Below, piece after piece: positions 28,701-37,761 of a DNA stretch of 64,000 nucleotides. A model generated the notes under the pieces. The model was not told where the DNA came from. It did no database searches and saw only the letters and a program-made list of their open reading frames with translations. The DNA is from Nannocystis sp. RBIL2 (GTDB taxonomy: Bacteria > Myxococcota_A > Polyangia > Nannocystales > Nannocystaceae). Position 1 is the first letter of the stretch; the number at the start of each line of letters is the position of its first letter. The translations under genes and the position numbers were made by a program. Where the stretch lies: NCBI RefSeq assembly GCF_026626745.1, contig NZ_JAPNJW010000001.1, positions 588,311 to 652,310 on the forward strand, read 5' to 3'.

Positions 28701-30212
28701 TCGGTCGAAGATCCGCTGGCCGACCTCGTCGCCCGCCACGCCCGCACTCACGGCCCGTTCCGCGCCGAGTGGCTGGCCCAGCGCTTCGCTGTCGGCACCG
28801 CCCTGGTCATCGGCGCGCTGCGTCGCCTCGCCGCCCGCGGCAAGGTCGTCGAGGGCGAGTTCATCCCCCGCGGCGCGGGCCTCGAGTGGTGCGACGACGA
28901 GGTCCTGCGCCGGCTCAAGCGCATGTCGCTGGCGCGCCTGCGCGAGGAGGTCGAGCCGGTCGAGCAGGCGGTGCTCGGCCGCTTCTCGCTCGCGTGGCAG
29001 GGCATCGGCGGCGAGCGCGAGGGCCCCGAGGCGGTGCTGCAGGCGATCGAGCAATTGCAAGGAGTCGCGATCCCGGCCTCGGTGCTCGAGGGCGAGGTCT
29101 TGCCGGCGCGGGTCGCCAACTATCGTGCCACCGATCTCGACGTTTTGTGCGGCGCCGGCGACGTCGTCTGGCGCGGCGTCCGGCCGCTCGGCCAGGCCGA
29201 CGGCTACGTCGCGCTCTACCTCGCCGACGACGCCGCCTGGCTCACGCCCGACCCCACCCCGGCCGCCGGCGAGCTCGCCGCGCGCGTGCGCGAGGCCCTG
29301 CAGGCCCGCGGCGCCTCGTTCTTCGCCGAGCTCGTCACCCAGGTGCACGCCCCGACCGACGAACTACTCGAGGCGCTGTGGGACCTCGTGTGGGCCGGCG
29401 AGGTCACCAACGACACCCTCACCTGTCTGCGCAGTCGCCTCGCCGGCGGCGATCGGGGCCCGCGCCCGCAGCTGCGCTTCGGCGTCGACGGCCGCGGCCG
29501 ACGCAGCGGCCCGCCGGGCAGCGAAGGTCGCTGGTCGCTCGTCACTCCGCGCCCCGTCGACGAGACCGAGCGCCGGGCCGCCCGCGCCCGCCAGCTGCTC
29601 GCGCGCCACGGCGTGCTCACCCGCGAGGCGGTCGCCGCCGAGGATCACGACGGCGGCTTCGCGGCCGTCTATCCTGTCCTCAAGGCCATGGAGGAGGCCG
29701 GCCGGGTGCGCCGCGGCTACTTCGTCGCCGGCCTCGGCGCGACCCAGTTCGCCCTGCCCGGCGCCGAGGATCGCCTGCGCGACGTCCGGGACATCGACGA
29801 GGACGCGCCCTTCACCGTCCTGCTCGCCGCCACCGATCCAGCCAACCCGTACGGCGCCGCGCTGCCGTGGCCGGATGTCCCCGAGGCCAGGTTCGAACGA
29901 GCCGCCGGCGCCCGCGTGGTCCTGCGCGACGGCCGGCTCATCGCCTTCCTCAGCCGCGGCGCCCGCTCGCTCGTCACCAACCTCCCCGACGCCGAGCCGG
30001 AGCGCGGGCGCGCCACCACGGCCCTCGCCGAGGCCCTCGCGCTGCTGCCCGAGGTCACCGGCCAGCGCTACGTCCTGCTCGAGCAGATCGACAATCAACC
30101 GGCCCCCGCCTGGCCACAGGTCGCAGCATTCACCGCCGCCGGCTTCCGCCCCACCCACGACGGCCTGATCCTGCGCCGCGACGAGCCGCGCCTCGGCGCG
30201 AGGAGGCGCTGA
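25737..30212 (+). CDS. lhr: ATP-dependent helicase Lhr (large helicase-related, DEAD/DEAH box)
   Basis: Walker A (APTGSGKT), DEIH box (VIVDEIHSL) and helicase C motifs. Total length about 1490 aa with the long Lhr C-terminal extension. Confidence 0.85.
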   Translation: MTGDPLAFLHPAARAWFEACFDAPTSAQVAGWPAIEAGESTLLLAPTGSGKTLAAFLGAINRVMFAPVPPSAERCRVVYVSPIKALGVDVEQNLRSPLAGIAATADRLGMTVHTPTVAIRSGDTPQKARAHMQRHPPDILITTPESLYMLLTSESRAMLRSVDTVIVDEIHSLVASKRGSHLALSLERLEWLRAGAEPLQRIGLSATQRPLTEVARFLGGSVVDGDAIAPRPVTIVDAGQVKQLDLRIEMPVEEPGASIEDVPPAANEGPTAISGLPRSNLTALHPRLVELIRAHRSTMLFVNSRRLAERLAAALNEVAGEPLALAHHGSMAKDVRAGVEEQLKRGTLPAIVATSSLELGIDMGAVDLVIQLASPPSIAAGMQRVGRANHHVGGRSRGVIIPKFRGDLLPCAAAARAMLAGEVESSRYPRNPLDILAQQVVAAVAMDDWAAEALYDKLRAAAPYAELPRDAFEGVLDMLSGRYPSEDFADLRPRVNYDRVTGQLSARHGARRVAIGNAGSIPDRGLFGVFLAGSGEGGRRVGELDEEMVFESRIGDVFVLGASSWRIEEITHDRVLVSPAPGEPGKLPFWRGDGPGRPLEFGQAIGALIRELGALSDADAEARLVQQHCLDPAAARSLLQYVREEQEAAKTLPTDRTIVVERFRDEIGDWRVCILSPFGAAVHAPWAMAVRSALLERYAAELDVVWSDDGIVFRLPEAERAPDPTQFFPRADELEDRVVARLAETSLFATRFRENAGRALLLVKRRPGQRTPLWAMRRKSADLLAAASRFRDFPVVLETYRECLKDVFDLPGCVDLLRRVEQRAIKVVDVETRSPSPFAAALLFNYVGNFMYEGDAPLAERRAQALTIDHARLKALLGEAALRDLLDADAIAELEATLQRRARKLNHPDEIHDLLLALGDQERDDLVARAGVAEDEIDRWLAELTHTRRIVRVKLGGRWRYIAAEDAGRYRDALGVVSPPGLPAVFLESVEDPLADLVARHARTHGPFRAEWLAQRFAVGTALVIGALRRLAARGKVVEGEFIPRGAGLEWCDDEVLRRLKRMSLARLREEVEPVEQAVLGRFSLAWQGIGGEREGPEAVLQAIEQLQGVAIPASVLEGEVLPARVANYRATDLDVLCGAGDVVWRGVRPLGQADGYVALYLADDAAWLTPDPTPAAGELAARVREALQARGASFFAELVTQVHAPTDELLEALWDLVWAGEVTNDTLTCLRSRLAGGDRGPRPQLRFGVDGRGRRSGPPGSEGRWSLVTPRPVDETERRAARARQLLARHGVLTREAVAAEDHDGGFAAVYPVLKAMEEAGRVRRGYFVAGLGATQFALPGAEDRLRDVRDIDEDAPFTVLLAATDPANPYGAALPWPDVPEARFERAAGARVVLRDGRLIAFLSRGARSLVTNLPDAEPERGRATTALAEALALLPEVTGQRYVLLEQIDNQPAPAWPQVAAFTAAGFRPTHDGLILRRDEPRLGARRR

Positions 30213-30215
30213 TCC

Positions 30216-31055
30216 ATGCCCGAGGGCGACACCCTCCACAAAGTCGCCGCCCGCCTGCAGGTGATGGTCGGCCAGGCCGTCACCCGCTTCGAATCGGTGA
30301 TCCCGGAGCTCGCCCTCGTCGGCCGCACGATCACCGCAGTCGAGGCCCGCGGCAAGAACCTCCTGATCTGGTTCGACGGCACCCACGCGCTCTACACCCA
30401 TTTACGCATGGAGGGCAGCTGGCACCTGTATCAGCCGCACAGCCCGTGGCGTAAACCCGCCACGGCCGCGCGCGCGGTGATCGCCACCGAATCGTGGCTC
30501 GCGGTCTGCTTCTACGCCCCCACCGTCGAGTGGCTGAGCGCCTGGGAGATCGAGCATCACCCCGTCCTCTCCGCCCTCGGCCCCGACCTGCTCGGCCCCG
30601 ACGAATCGGACCAGCCCCTCGCCGAGGCCCTGCAACGCCTGCGCGCCGACCCGCGGCGCCCGCTCGGCGAGGCCATCCTCGATCAGCGAATCGTCGCCGG
30701 ACTCGGCAACGTCTACAAGAGCGAGCTACTCTTCATGGAGCGGCTCGACCCGTTCAAGCCGGTCGGCGACTACGACGATGCGACGCTCCTGCGATTGCTC
30801 GCGGCCGGCCGCAAGTGGCTGCGCCGCAACCTCGTCGGCGCAGGCCCGCGCAAGACCCGGTGGGACGTCGGCCGCGCCAACACCTGGGTCTACAACCGCT
30901 CGGGCGAGCTGTGCCCGCGCTGCAACACCCCGATCGCCATGCGCCGCCAGGGCACCCTCGGCCGCACCACTTATTATTGCCCGCGCTGCCAGCAAGCGGG
31001 CGCCGGCGCCGAGCCCCCGCGCGGCCGCGTCCTCGTGCGCGGCCCGGCCCGCTGA
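30216..31055 (+). CDS. nei: Fpg/Nei family DNA glycosylase (endonuclease VIII-like)
   Basis: N-terminal MPEGDTLH catalytic motif, H2TH region, C-terminal zinc finger (CPRC...CPRC). A GAGGAGG RBS is present. The start is 4 bp after the lhr stop. Confidence 0.85.
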   Translation: MPEGDTLHKVAARLQVMVGQAVTRFESVIPELALVGRTITAVEARGKNLLIWFDGTHALYTHLRMEGSWHLYQPHSPWRKPATAARAVIATESWLAVCFYAPTVEWLSAWEIEHHPVLSALGPDLLGPDESDQPLAEALQRLRADPRRPLGEAILDQRIVAGLGNVYKSELLFMERLDPFKPVGDYDDATLLRLLAAGRKWLRRNLVGAGPRKTRWDVGRANTWVYNRSGELCPRCNTPIAMRRQGTLGRTTYYCPRCQQAGAGAEPPRGRVLVRGPAR

Positions 31056-31059
31056 CGCC

Positions 31060-32388
31060 TCAATCGCGAATCAGCGCCCGCCAGCGCCCGCGGTCGTCCA
31101 CGTATGCGACGATCTCCTCGATCGAGATCGCCACCCCGCGCAGCAGCCAATCTTCATTCCACGCCGGGTTCATCAGGTCGAACGGTCCCACCGCCGGACT
31201 CAACATCACCGTCTCGCCCTCCACTTCGAGGATCGTTCCCTCGTAGATCGTCCGATCGTCGAGCCGGAGCGCCACCCGCTCGCCCGATTCCTCCACCTGT
31301 GCCAGCCACGCGCGCCGACGCGTCGTCGCCGGCAGCACCTGCGGCAGCACGCGCACGCGCAGCTCCTCGAGGAATTCCTGGGGCCGGGTGAACGCCGCGA
31401 AGTGCCCCGCGTCGCGGATGGCCGCGAACTCCTTGTGCGGCGCCTCCACCTCGGCGAAGAACTGCTGCGCCGGCTCGCTCTGCGTGAACACGTCGTCGTC
31501 GCCCTGGAACAGGAAGAACGGCAGCTCGAAGCGCGTCCCCTCGCGGCGCACGTCGTAGCGAATGAACTCGCCGTACAGCTGCGCCGCCGAGAATTCCATC
31601 CCGCGCTGCAGGTCGAACACGTCGCGCAGCGTGTAGCCCGGCGCAGTCAGGATCGACGGCATCAACAGCGTCCGCCCCACCTCGCGCATGCGCGGGTCCG
31701 TCTTCAAGATCCATCGCTGCTTGCGCTGCCACGCCTGCAGGTCCCAGCGCCAGGGCTCGGCCCCGATCGCCTCCAGCTCCGCCACCCCGCGGCGGTTCCC
31801 CGCCTCGCGCAGGCGCGCCAGCGTCTGCGCGTACGACCGCGCCTCGTTGTCCCGCCCGACCCCGAAGTCGGTCGCCACGTAGGCCGCGAACAGGTCAGGC
31901 CGGCGGCGGGCCAGCGGCGCCCCGATCATGTTGCCCATCGAACCCGCCAGCAGCACCAGCGGCACCTGTAGACGCTCGCGCACGTGCTCCGCCACCCGGG
32001 CCGCGTCGTCGATCAGCCGCGCGAAGCTCAGCGGAGCGCAGGCCGCAGCGCCGTTGCGCCCGAACGTCTTGCCCGCCCCCGGCTGGTCCCACTGCACGAT
32101 CGTGAACTCGCGCTCCCACGCCCGCATCACCGGCGTGAACATCGAGAACGGCGCCCCCGGCCCGCCGTGCAGCACCAGCAGCGCGGGGTTCGTGCGGTCC
32201 TCGCCGCGGATCCCGATCCACTGGTCGACAGACCCGACCCGCACGAACCCCTCCTCCACGATCCCCCCCGGCCCGGCGATCGCCAGCCCCTCCGCCGCCC
32301 GCCGCTGCCCCTGTCGCCGCCAGCCCAGACCTGCAGCCAGCGCCGTCGCGGTCACGCCCGCCGCGCCCGCCAAGATGCTCCCGATCAT
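31060..32388 (-). CDS. alpha/beta hydrolase fold protein (proline iminopeptidase / epoxide hydrolase-like) with C-terminal extra domain
   Basis: HGGPG oxyanion motif and GSMG nucleophile elbow (LLAGSMGNM). An AGGAGAGG RBS is present. Confidence 0.75.
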   Translation of the reverse strand: MIGSILAGAAGVTATALAAGLGWRRQGQRRAAEGLAIAGPGGIVEEGFVRVGSVDQWIGIRGEDRTNPALLVLHGGPGAPFSMFTPVMRAWEREFTIVQWDQPGAGKTFGRNGAAACAPLSFARLIDDAARVAEHVRERLQVPLVLLAGSMGNMIGAPLARRRPDLFAAYVATDFGVGRDNEARSYAQTLARLREAGNRRGVAELEAIGAEPWRWDLQAWQRKQRWILKTDPRMREVGRTLLMPSILTAPGYTLRDVFDLQRGMEFSAAQLYGEFIRYDVRREGTRFELPFFLFQGDDDVFTQSEPAQQFFAEVEAPHKEFAAIRDAGHFAAFTRPQEFLEELRVRVLPQVLPATTRRRAWLAQVEESGERVALRLDDRTIYEGTILEVEGETVMLSPAVGPFDLMNPAWNEDWLLRGVAISIEEIVAYVDDRGRWRALIRD

Positions 32389-32404
32389 CTCGCCTCTCCT
32401 TCAT

Positions 32405-32440
32405 TGTGTATCACGTACACAATTTTGTGTATGCTATACA
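32405..32440. promoter_or_regulatory. putative TetR operator pair in divergent promoter
   Basis: Two inverted repeats lie between the divergent hydrolase and tetR starts: TGTGTAtcacgTACACA and TGTGTATgctATACACA. Confidence 0.5.
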
Positions 32441-32450
32441 CAGTCCGTCC

Positions 32451-33224
32451 GTGCCCGTCAACAAGCCCGCCCGCAAGCCCGCCTCTCGCCCGCGCCGCCC
32501 GCCCGACCCGTTCGGCGAGCAGGCGCGCAGCGTCGACCTCCTGTGGGGCGAGCGGCAGCGCCCGACCCGGGGGCCGCGGCCGGGGCTCAGCGCCGAGAGC
32601 ATCGCCCGCGCCGCCATCGCGGTCGCCGACGCCGAGGGCCTCGACGCGGTGTCGATGCAGCGCGTCGCTAGCGAGCTCGGCTTCACCACCATGGCCCTGT
32701 ACCGCCACGTCCCGGGCAAGGACGAGCTCGTCGATCTCATGGTCGACATCGGCGTCGGCCCGCCGCCCGACCTCGCCGCCTCGCCGGGCTGGCGCGAGCG
32801 CCTGGCCGCCTGGGCCCGCGCGTTGTGGGCCGTGTTTCACCGCCACCCCTGGTCGCTCGCCGCCACCAACCGCCTGCGCGTCATGGGCCCGCTCGAGCTC
32901 GCGTGGGCCGACGCAGCCCTCGCTGCCCTCGCCGACACCGGCCTGCCCCCCGGCGAACGCCACCGCGCCTTCCTCGTCGTCCTCGGCCACGTCCGCAGCG
33001 CCGCCCAGTTCAGCGTCCGCAGCAACCGCGCCCGCAGCCTGTCCGGCCCGCAGTGGGCCGCCGCCACCGGAACCCTCGTCGCCCGCGACCCGGCCCGCTT
33101 CCCGGCCCTGCAGGAGGTCCTGAGCGCCGGCACCGGCCCCGGCGACGGCGACGGCCTCGAGTTCGGCCTCGGCGTCGTCCTCGACGGCATCGCCGCCCTC
33201 GTCGCCCGCCGCGCCCAAACCTGA
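32451..33224 (+). CDS. TetR family transcriptional regulator
   Basis: N-terminal HTH (SMQRVASELGFTTMALYRHVPGKDEL) and a helical C-terminal ligand domain. The GTG start is downstream of the operators. Confidence 0.8.
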   Translation: MPVNKPARKPASRPRRPPDPFGEQARSVDLLWGERQRPTRGPRPGLSAESIARAAIAVADAEGLDAVSMQRVASELGFTTMALYRHVPGKDELVDLMVDIGVGPPPDLAASPGWRERLAAWARALWAVFHRHPWSLAATNRLRVMGPLELAWADAALAALADTGLPPGERHRAFLVVLGHVRSAAQFSVRSNRARSLSGPQWAAATGTLVARDPARFPALQEVLSAGTGPGDGDGLEFGLGVVLDGIAALVARRAQT

Positions 33225-33239
33225 CCCTCTCGCCATGAC

Positions 33240-33290
33240 CGAAGGAGCATGCCCATGCAGACATGCCCAAAAGAACATGTCCCGAGTTAC
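33240..33290. repeat. palindromic intergenic repeat cluster
   Basis: Sequence is CATGCCCATGCAGACATGCCCaaaagAACATGTCCcgag, located between the convergent tetR and GST ends. Confidence 0.55.
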
Positions 33291-33919
33291 CGCGGCGCGT
33301 CCGGCTGCAATTCCGCGTGGCTCACTTTAAAAAATTCCAGCTCGACGCAGTTCGCCTCGACGCGCAGCAGCGTCGGCAGCCCCGTCACGTCGACGCCGAA
33401 CCGACGGGCGAACGCCAGCTGGGGCACCAGCGCCAGGTCGGCGAACGACAGCGCATCGCCGACGCTGAACCGCCCGGCCAGGGGCCGCGTCATCGCCTCG
33501 AGCGCCGCCAGCCCCGAACCGACGAACCGGTGAATCCACGCCCTCGAATCAGCCCCGAGCGACTCCACGTGCCGCTGCACCCCCGTGTTTTGAAGCGGCT
33601 GGATCCCCGCGTTGATCACCTCCGTCAATTGCCGCACCCGCGCGCGCGCCAGCGGCTCGCGCGGCAGCAGCGGCGGCGTCGGCCAGCGCTCCTCGAGGTA
33701 TTCCAGGATGGCTATCGACTGCGTCAGGTACAGCCCCGCCTCGACCTCGAGCACCGGCACCTGCGCCATCGGGTTGAGTCGGCGGTGCTCGGGCGAGTGC
33801 TGCGCCCCCGCCCCGGTCAGCAGGTCGACCGCCACGGTTTCGTAGGTCAAGCCCTTGTACGCCAGAGCGATCCGCACCCGCCAAGTCGCCGTGCTGCGCC
33901 AAAATCCGTGGAGCTTCAT
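33287..33919 (-). CDS. glutathione S-transferase, zeta class / maleylacetoacetate isomerase-like
   Basis: The product begins MKLHGFWRSTATWRVRIALAYKGL, with the GST N- and C-terminal domains following. Zeta-class motif around AQVPVLEVEAGLYLTQSIAILEYLEE. Confidence 0.75.
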   Translation of the reverse strand: MKLHGFWRSTATWRVRIALAYKGLTYETVAVDLLTGAGAQHSPEHRRLNPMAQVPVLEVEAGLYLTQSIAILEYLEERWPTPPLLPREPLARARVRQLTEVINAGIQPLQNTGVQRHVESLGADSRAWIHRFVGSGLAALEAMTRPLAGRFSVGDALSFADLALVPQLAFARRFGVDVTGLPTLLRVEANCVELEFFKVSHAELQPDAPR

Positions 33920-34195
33920 GGGCGGCACGATAGCCCGGGTCCGCGGATCCGACCACTCACCGCGCGCGCGTGAATGGAACGAGGCCGGTCGGCGCGAACT
34001 TGAAGCAGGGGCCCTGAAGCGCCCGCACGGTTGCCGCAGGTCCGCTCGACCGGCGGCGCGACGGCGAAAATGTGCGTCACCGGCAATTGTTTGGCCCCGG
34101 CCGAGCACCTACCGAACAAAGGCGCTCGTCATCATGGGGTCGGCGCGCATCGCCGGTCCAGGCGCCCTGCACTCATCTTTCTCAGGAGTTTACCC

Positions 34196-34693
34196 ATGCA
34201 ACGACATCTACTTCTCATCGGATCTGCCCGGCGTGCCCGGGCTTCGGCGCTCGCCGGGCTGTTCGCCGTGGCGCTCGCCGGCTGTGACGACCCCGCGCTG
34301 GAGGCCGAGCTCGCGGCCGAGGACGCCGAGCTCGCCGACGACGCCGAGGACGCCGAGGACGCGCCCGCGGGGCCGGCCCGCGACGAGCTCGCTCTCGCCG
34401 CGGCCGACGAACCGTCGCTCTATCCGCCGGAATCGGTGTGCTGCTCGATCGACTGGCAGATCCTGTTCCAGCCGCGCGTTCGCCTGTCGACGATGAGCGC
34501 GGAGGGCTGCAGCGTCTACAATTGGCCCCCGTCGGTCACGGCGCGCGTGGCATGGACGGTGTATCACACGGGAGGGTACGCGCCGCGCAATGGCCTGTCG
34601 GCTTGGATGGCGCCCAATACGGTCACCTTCGTGCCGCTGTCGGGCGAGAGCGCGCTGTACTCCTCGTATTGCACCGCCTACACGATCGATTAG
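34196..34693 (+). CDS. small lipoprotein (acidic N-terminus, Cys-containing C-terminus)
   Basis: AGGAG RBS, lipobox LAGC, 165-aa product. Confidence 0.5.
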   Translation: MQRHLLLIGSARRARASALAGLFAVALAGCDDPALEAELAAEDAELADDAEDAEDAPAGPARDELALAAADEPSLYPPESVCCSIDWQILFQPRVRLSTMSAEGCSVYNWPPSVTARVAWTVYHTGGYAPRNGLSAWMAPNTVTFVPLSGESALYSSYCTAYTID

Positions 34694-35008
34694 CCGAGCC
34701 ACCGCCCGGGAATCAGCGGCCTCCAGACCGACGCAGCCGCTCGCTCGCCCTCCATCGAGGACGAGCCGGCGAGCTCCCGGCGCCGACCGATCGCGTAGTG
34801 CCGACGACGTCGCCCGGCTTCGCAAGCGCGCGCCTCAGCCCCGCGCACCTCGTGGTCCACATCCGGCCGTCGGTCCGGCCATTCCGCCGTGATTCGCCGC
34901 GGCGATCGTCCGCGCTCGCCCGCGCCGCGCACATCCGCGCCGGGGGCCCATGGCCCCGCGCGCCTCGCCGCGTGATCGGCTACGGTGCCGCGCGGAGATT
35001 TTTGTTCA

Positions 35009-36709
35009 ATGACGCCAGTGCTTCGACTGCCCACAATGGGGCTCCTCGCCGCCGCCGCGTGCCTCTGCGCGGCCTGTCCCGGCGATTCCGGCGCCACCAC
35101 CGACACGGCCGCCGGCACCGACCCGACCACCGATTCGGGCCCGACCACCGGCGCACCGACGGGAGTCGCCACCGACGATCCCGCGCCGACCTCCTCGACC
35201 ACGAGCGAGCCGCCGGACACCACCGACGGCCCGACCACGGACCCCACTGACGGCCCCGTCACCACGACGACCGCCACCGACGAGACGGAGACCGGCGACA
35301 CCACCACCGGCGGCCAGACCGTGAATGTCGTCGTCCACCTGATCCCGCAAGAGGGCGTCGGCGGCGAGCAGCGGATCAACTTCGCGGTCCCCCTGGCGCC
35401 CGGCGTCCTCGCCGACGACACCCAGGTCCAGGTCCACCACGCCGGCACCGAGCTGGCCACCGCGCTCCGCGGCCTCGCGCGTCACCCCGACGGCAGCTGG
35501 CGCAGCGTGCAGATCCAGCTCGACCTCGCGATCGAGGGCGAGACCGACCTCGACGTCGCCCTCAATGCCGCCCCGGCCGCCGGATCGATCAACCCGGTCC
35601 CGGTCGCCGACACCCTCGTCGACACCGGCCCGAACGTGTGGGCCTTGCTGCCGGCCGAGTGGCTCACGTCCAGCAAATTCGCCGGTCCGCTCGGCACCAC
35701 CGCCGCCGCCGAGGGCACCCCCGGGCAAGCCTGGGCCGACAAGTGCGACTACGACGAATGGAACGTCGAGGCATTCCTCGGCGCCAACGACTCCGCCGAC
35801 GTCTGGCTGTACGATCGCGGCACGACCCACTGGCGCGGCCACGCCCGCCGCGGCGACCTCTCGACCCTGCGCTCCGCCTACCTCGAGACCACCATCTACC
35901 GCGACGGCCTCAGCGGCCAGGGCCCCGACACCGCCATCGGCGTGCCCGGCAAGACCGGAGACGCCAAGTACTATTATACGCAGAACATGGCCCTGCATTA
36001 CCTCATGACCGGCGACGACCGCTTCCGCGAGAGCGCCGAGGACGTCGCCGAGGCCTACGCCGACCTGTGGGACCCGGTCTACGAGGGCGGCGCCAGCTTC
36101 TGGACCGAGCGCCACGCCGGCTTCGGCCTGCTCGCCTACGTGTGGGCGATGAACGTCTCCGACGACCAGGCCCAGCAATTCCGCGACCTCGCCGACGACG
36201 CGGTCACCGCCTACCTCGACGTGCAGGCCAGCTACCCCCCCGGCTACGACGACCCCGACGCCCGCTGCTTCGCCCACACCGACGTCGCCGCCGACGAGGA
36301 ATTCGGCTTCTGGGGCTGCTCGCCGTGGCTCAGCGCCATCCTGGCCGACGGCCTCGAGCAGTACGCCACCGAGTCGCCGGGCGCCCAGGCCGACGCCGCG
36401 CGCGCCTCGATCGTCAAGCTCGGCCGCGTCATCGCCCGCGACGGCCTCGACCCCGACGGCAAACCCTTCTACTGGATGGGCGTCGGCGACGGCAACGGCG
36501 CGGTCGACGACTACGACGAGCACTGGGGCGAGAGCGCCTACGTCATCGCCATGGCCTACTACCACGACGGCGCCGCCGACCCCGAGCTGCGCCAGACCGC
36601 CGAGGACCTGGCCGCCGGCTTCGGCGACCTCGGCGAGGTCCCGCACATGCGCAGCTTCAACTGGCAGTGCCGCTCCGCCGTCGCCACCCCGTGGTTCCTC
36701 GCACAATGA
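35009..36709 (+). CDS. large hypothetical lipoprotein (Thr/Pro-rich linker + ~400-aa acidic domain)
   Basis: Lipobox CLCAAC and a T/P-rich linker. The body is Asp-rich and aromatic-rich. A strong hairpin follows the stop. Confidence 0.6.
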   Translation: MTPVLRLPTMGLLAAAACLCAACPGDSGATTDTAAGTDPTTDSGPTTGAPTGVATDDPAPTSSTTSEPPDTTDGPTTDPTDGPVTTTTATDETETGDTTTGGQTVNVVVHLIPQEGVGGEQRINFAVPLAPGVLADDTQVQVHHAGTELATALRGLARHPDGSWRSVQIQLDLAIEGETDLDVALNAAPAAGSINPVPVADTLVDTGPNVWALLPAEWLTSSKFAGPLGTTAAAEGTPGQAWADKCDYDEWNVEAFLGANDSADVWLYDRGTTHWRGHARRGDLSTLRSAYLETTIYRDGLSGQGPDTAIGVPGKTGDAKYYYTQNMALHYLMTGDDRFRESAEDVAEAYADLWDPVYEGGASFWTERHAGFGLLAYVWAMNVSDDQAQQFRDLADDAVTAYLDVQASYPPGYDDPDARCFAHTDVAADEEFGFWGCSPWLSAILADGLEQYATESPGAQADAARASIVKLGRVIARDGLDPDGKPFYWMGVGDGNGAVDDYDEHWGESAYVIAMAYYHDGAADPELRQTAEDLAAGFGDLGEVPHMRSFNWQCRSAVATPWFLAQ

Positions 36710-36710
36710 T

Positions 36711-36830
36711 GGTACCTGTCCGAACGGACACCCTCCGTTCGGACACGCCCTGAACCTCATCCGCCTGCCCGGTGGGTTGTCTCTCAAGACATGTCCATTA
36801 ACACATGTCTCGGAGGCCACGTCATCGCCT
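36711..36830. repeat. terminator-like hairpin plus palindromic repeat cluster
   Basis: Hairpin GTCCGAACGGAcacccTCCGTTCGGAC at 36722-36748. Then GTTGTCTCTCAAGACATGTCCattaACACATGTCTCGG at 36776-36812. Confidence 0.6.
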
Positions 36831-37180
36831 CACCCGAGGTACACCCCGCCGCCCTCGGCTCGCGCCAGGCGGACCGCCTCGAGGATGTTGAGCAGGCGGA
36901 AGCGCAGCTGGTCGAGCCCGATCTCCGGCCAGCGGGCCGCGTTGCCGAGCAGCACCTGCACCTCGCGCTCGAGCACCTCGAGGTCCTCGTCCTCCGCGTG
37001 GATGTCGTACGTCGCCAGCGACGGCAGCAGCGTCAGCCCCAGCGCCCACGCCGCGGCCGAGCCGTACACCTTCACCCGCCAGCTCTCCGGCCCCGCGAGG
37101 TCGTTGCGGGGCGGCGCCGCGTCCAGCGTCCGCATCTCGCCGTCGGCCGTGCGCACATAGGCGTGCGTGATGAGCGTCAT
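36830..37180 (-). CDS. hypothetical small protein
   Basis: ORF of 116-125 aa with ordinary (non-junk) composition. No homology recognised. Confidence 0.35.
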   Translation of the reverse strand: MTLITHAYVRTADGEMRTLDAAPPRNDLAGPESWRVKVYGSAAAWALGLTLLPSLATYDIHAEDEDLEVLEREVQVLLGNAARWPEIGLDQLRFRLLNILEAVRLARAEGGGVYLG

Positions 37181-37284
37181 CGGACCTCCGACCCCAGTGT
37201 CGCGCATTCGCCCGCCGCGCGCACCCTCGCGCCGACAGTCCGGCGCGCTCGAAATGCCGCGCCCTTCGGCCCTACTCTCGACGC

Positions 37285-37668
37285 ATGCACGTCCTCGACC
37301 TCGTCGGCCCCGACTGGCAGCTCGTCCCTTTGCGGGTCCCCGGCGGCTGGGCAGTGCGCCACAACGGCCTGCACGCCCGTCGCCTGCCTGACGGCAGCCT
37401 CGACATCAACGACAGCGAGGACCTGCTGTGGCTCGTCAAGCTGCCCCCGCCCGGCGGCGAGTACCGCCCGGGGGCCGATAGCCCGTGGCGCGAGCTCAAC
37501 CTCGACGCCGGCTTTTACGGCACCGCCTACCGCGTCGTCCTGCTCGACCCCGGCTGGGATCACGAGCTCGCCAGCTTCACCACCGAGAGCTTCGCCGAGC
37601 TGCTGGCCTGCATCGAGAAGTGGCTCATGAACGCCCCGCTCGGCGACCTCTCGCCGCCCACGTCCTAG
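37285..37668 (+). CDS. hypothetical small protein
   Basis: 127-aa ORF with a balanced amino-acid composition. Function unknown. Confidence 0.4.
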   Translation: MHVLDLVGPDWQLVPLRVPGGWAVRHNGLHARRLPDGSLDINDSEDLLWLVKLPPPGGEYRPGADSPWRELNLDAGFYGTAYRVVLLDPGWDHELASFTTESFAELLACIEKWLMNAPLGDLSPPTS

Positions 37669-37761
37669 GCGCTTCCCCGGGCGCTCGCCTGCAGACGCGC
37701 AAGCCGCTGCGCAGACGCTGCCCGCCGCGATGCGGTACCCTGCGCGACCGCGGAGGAGCTT

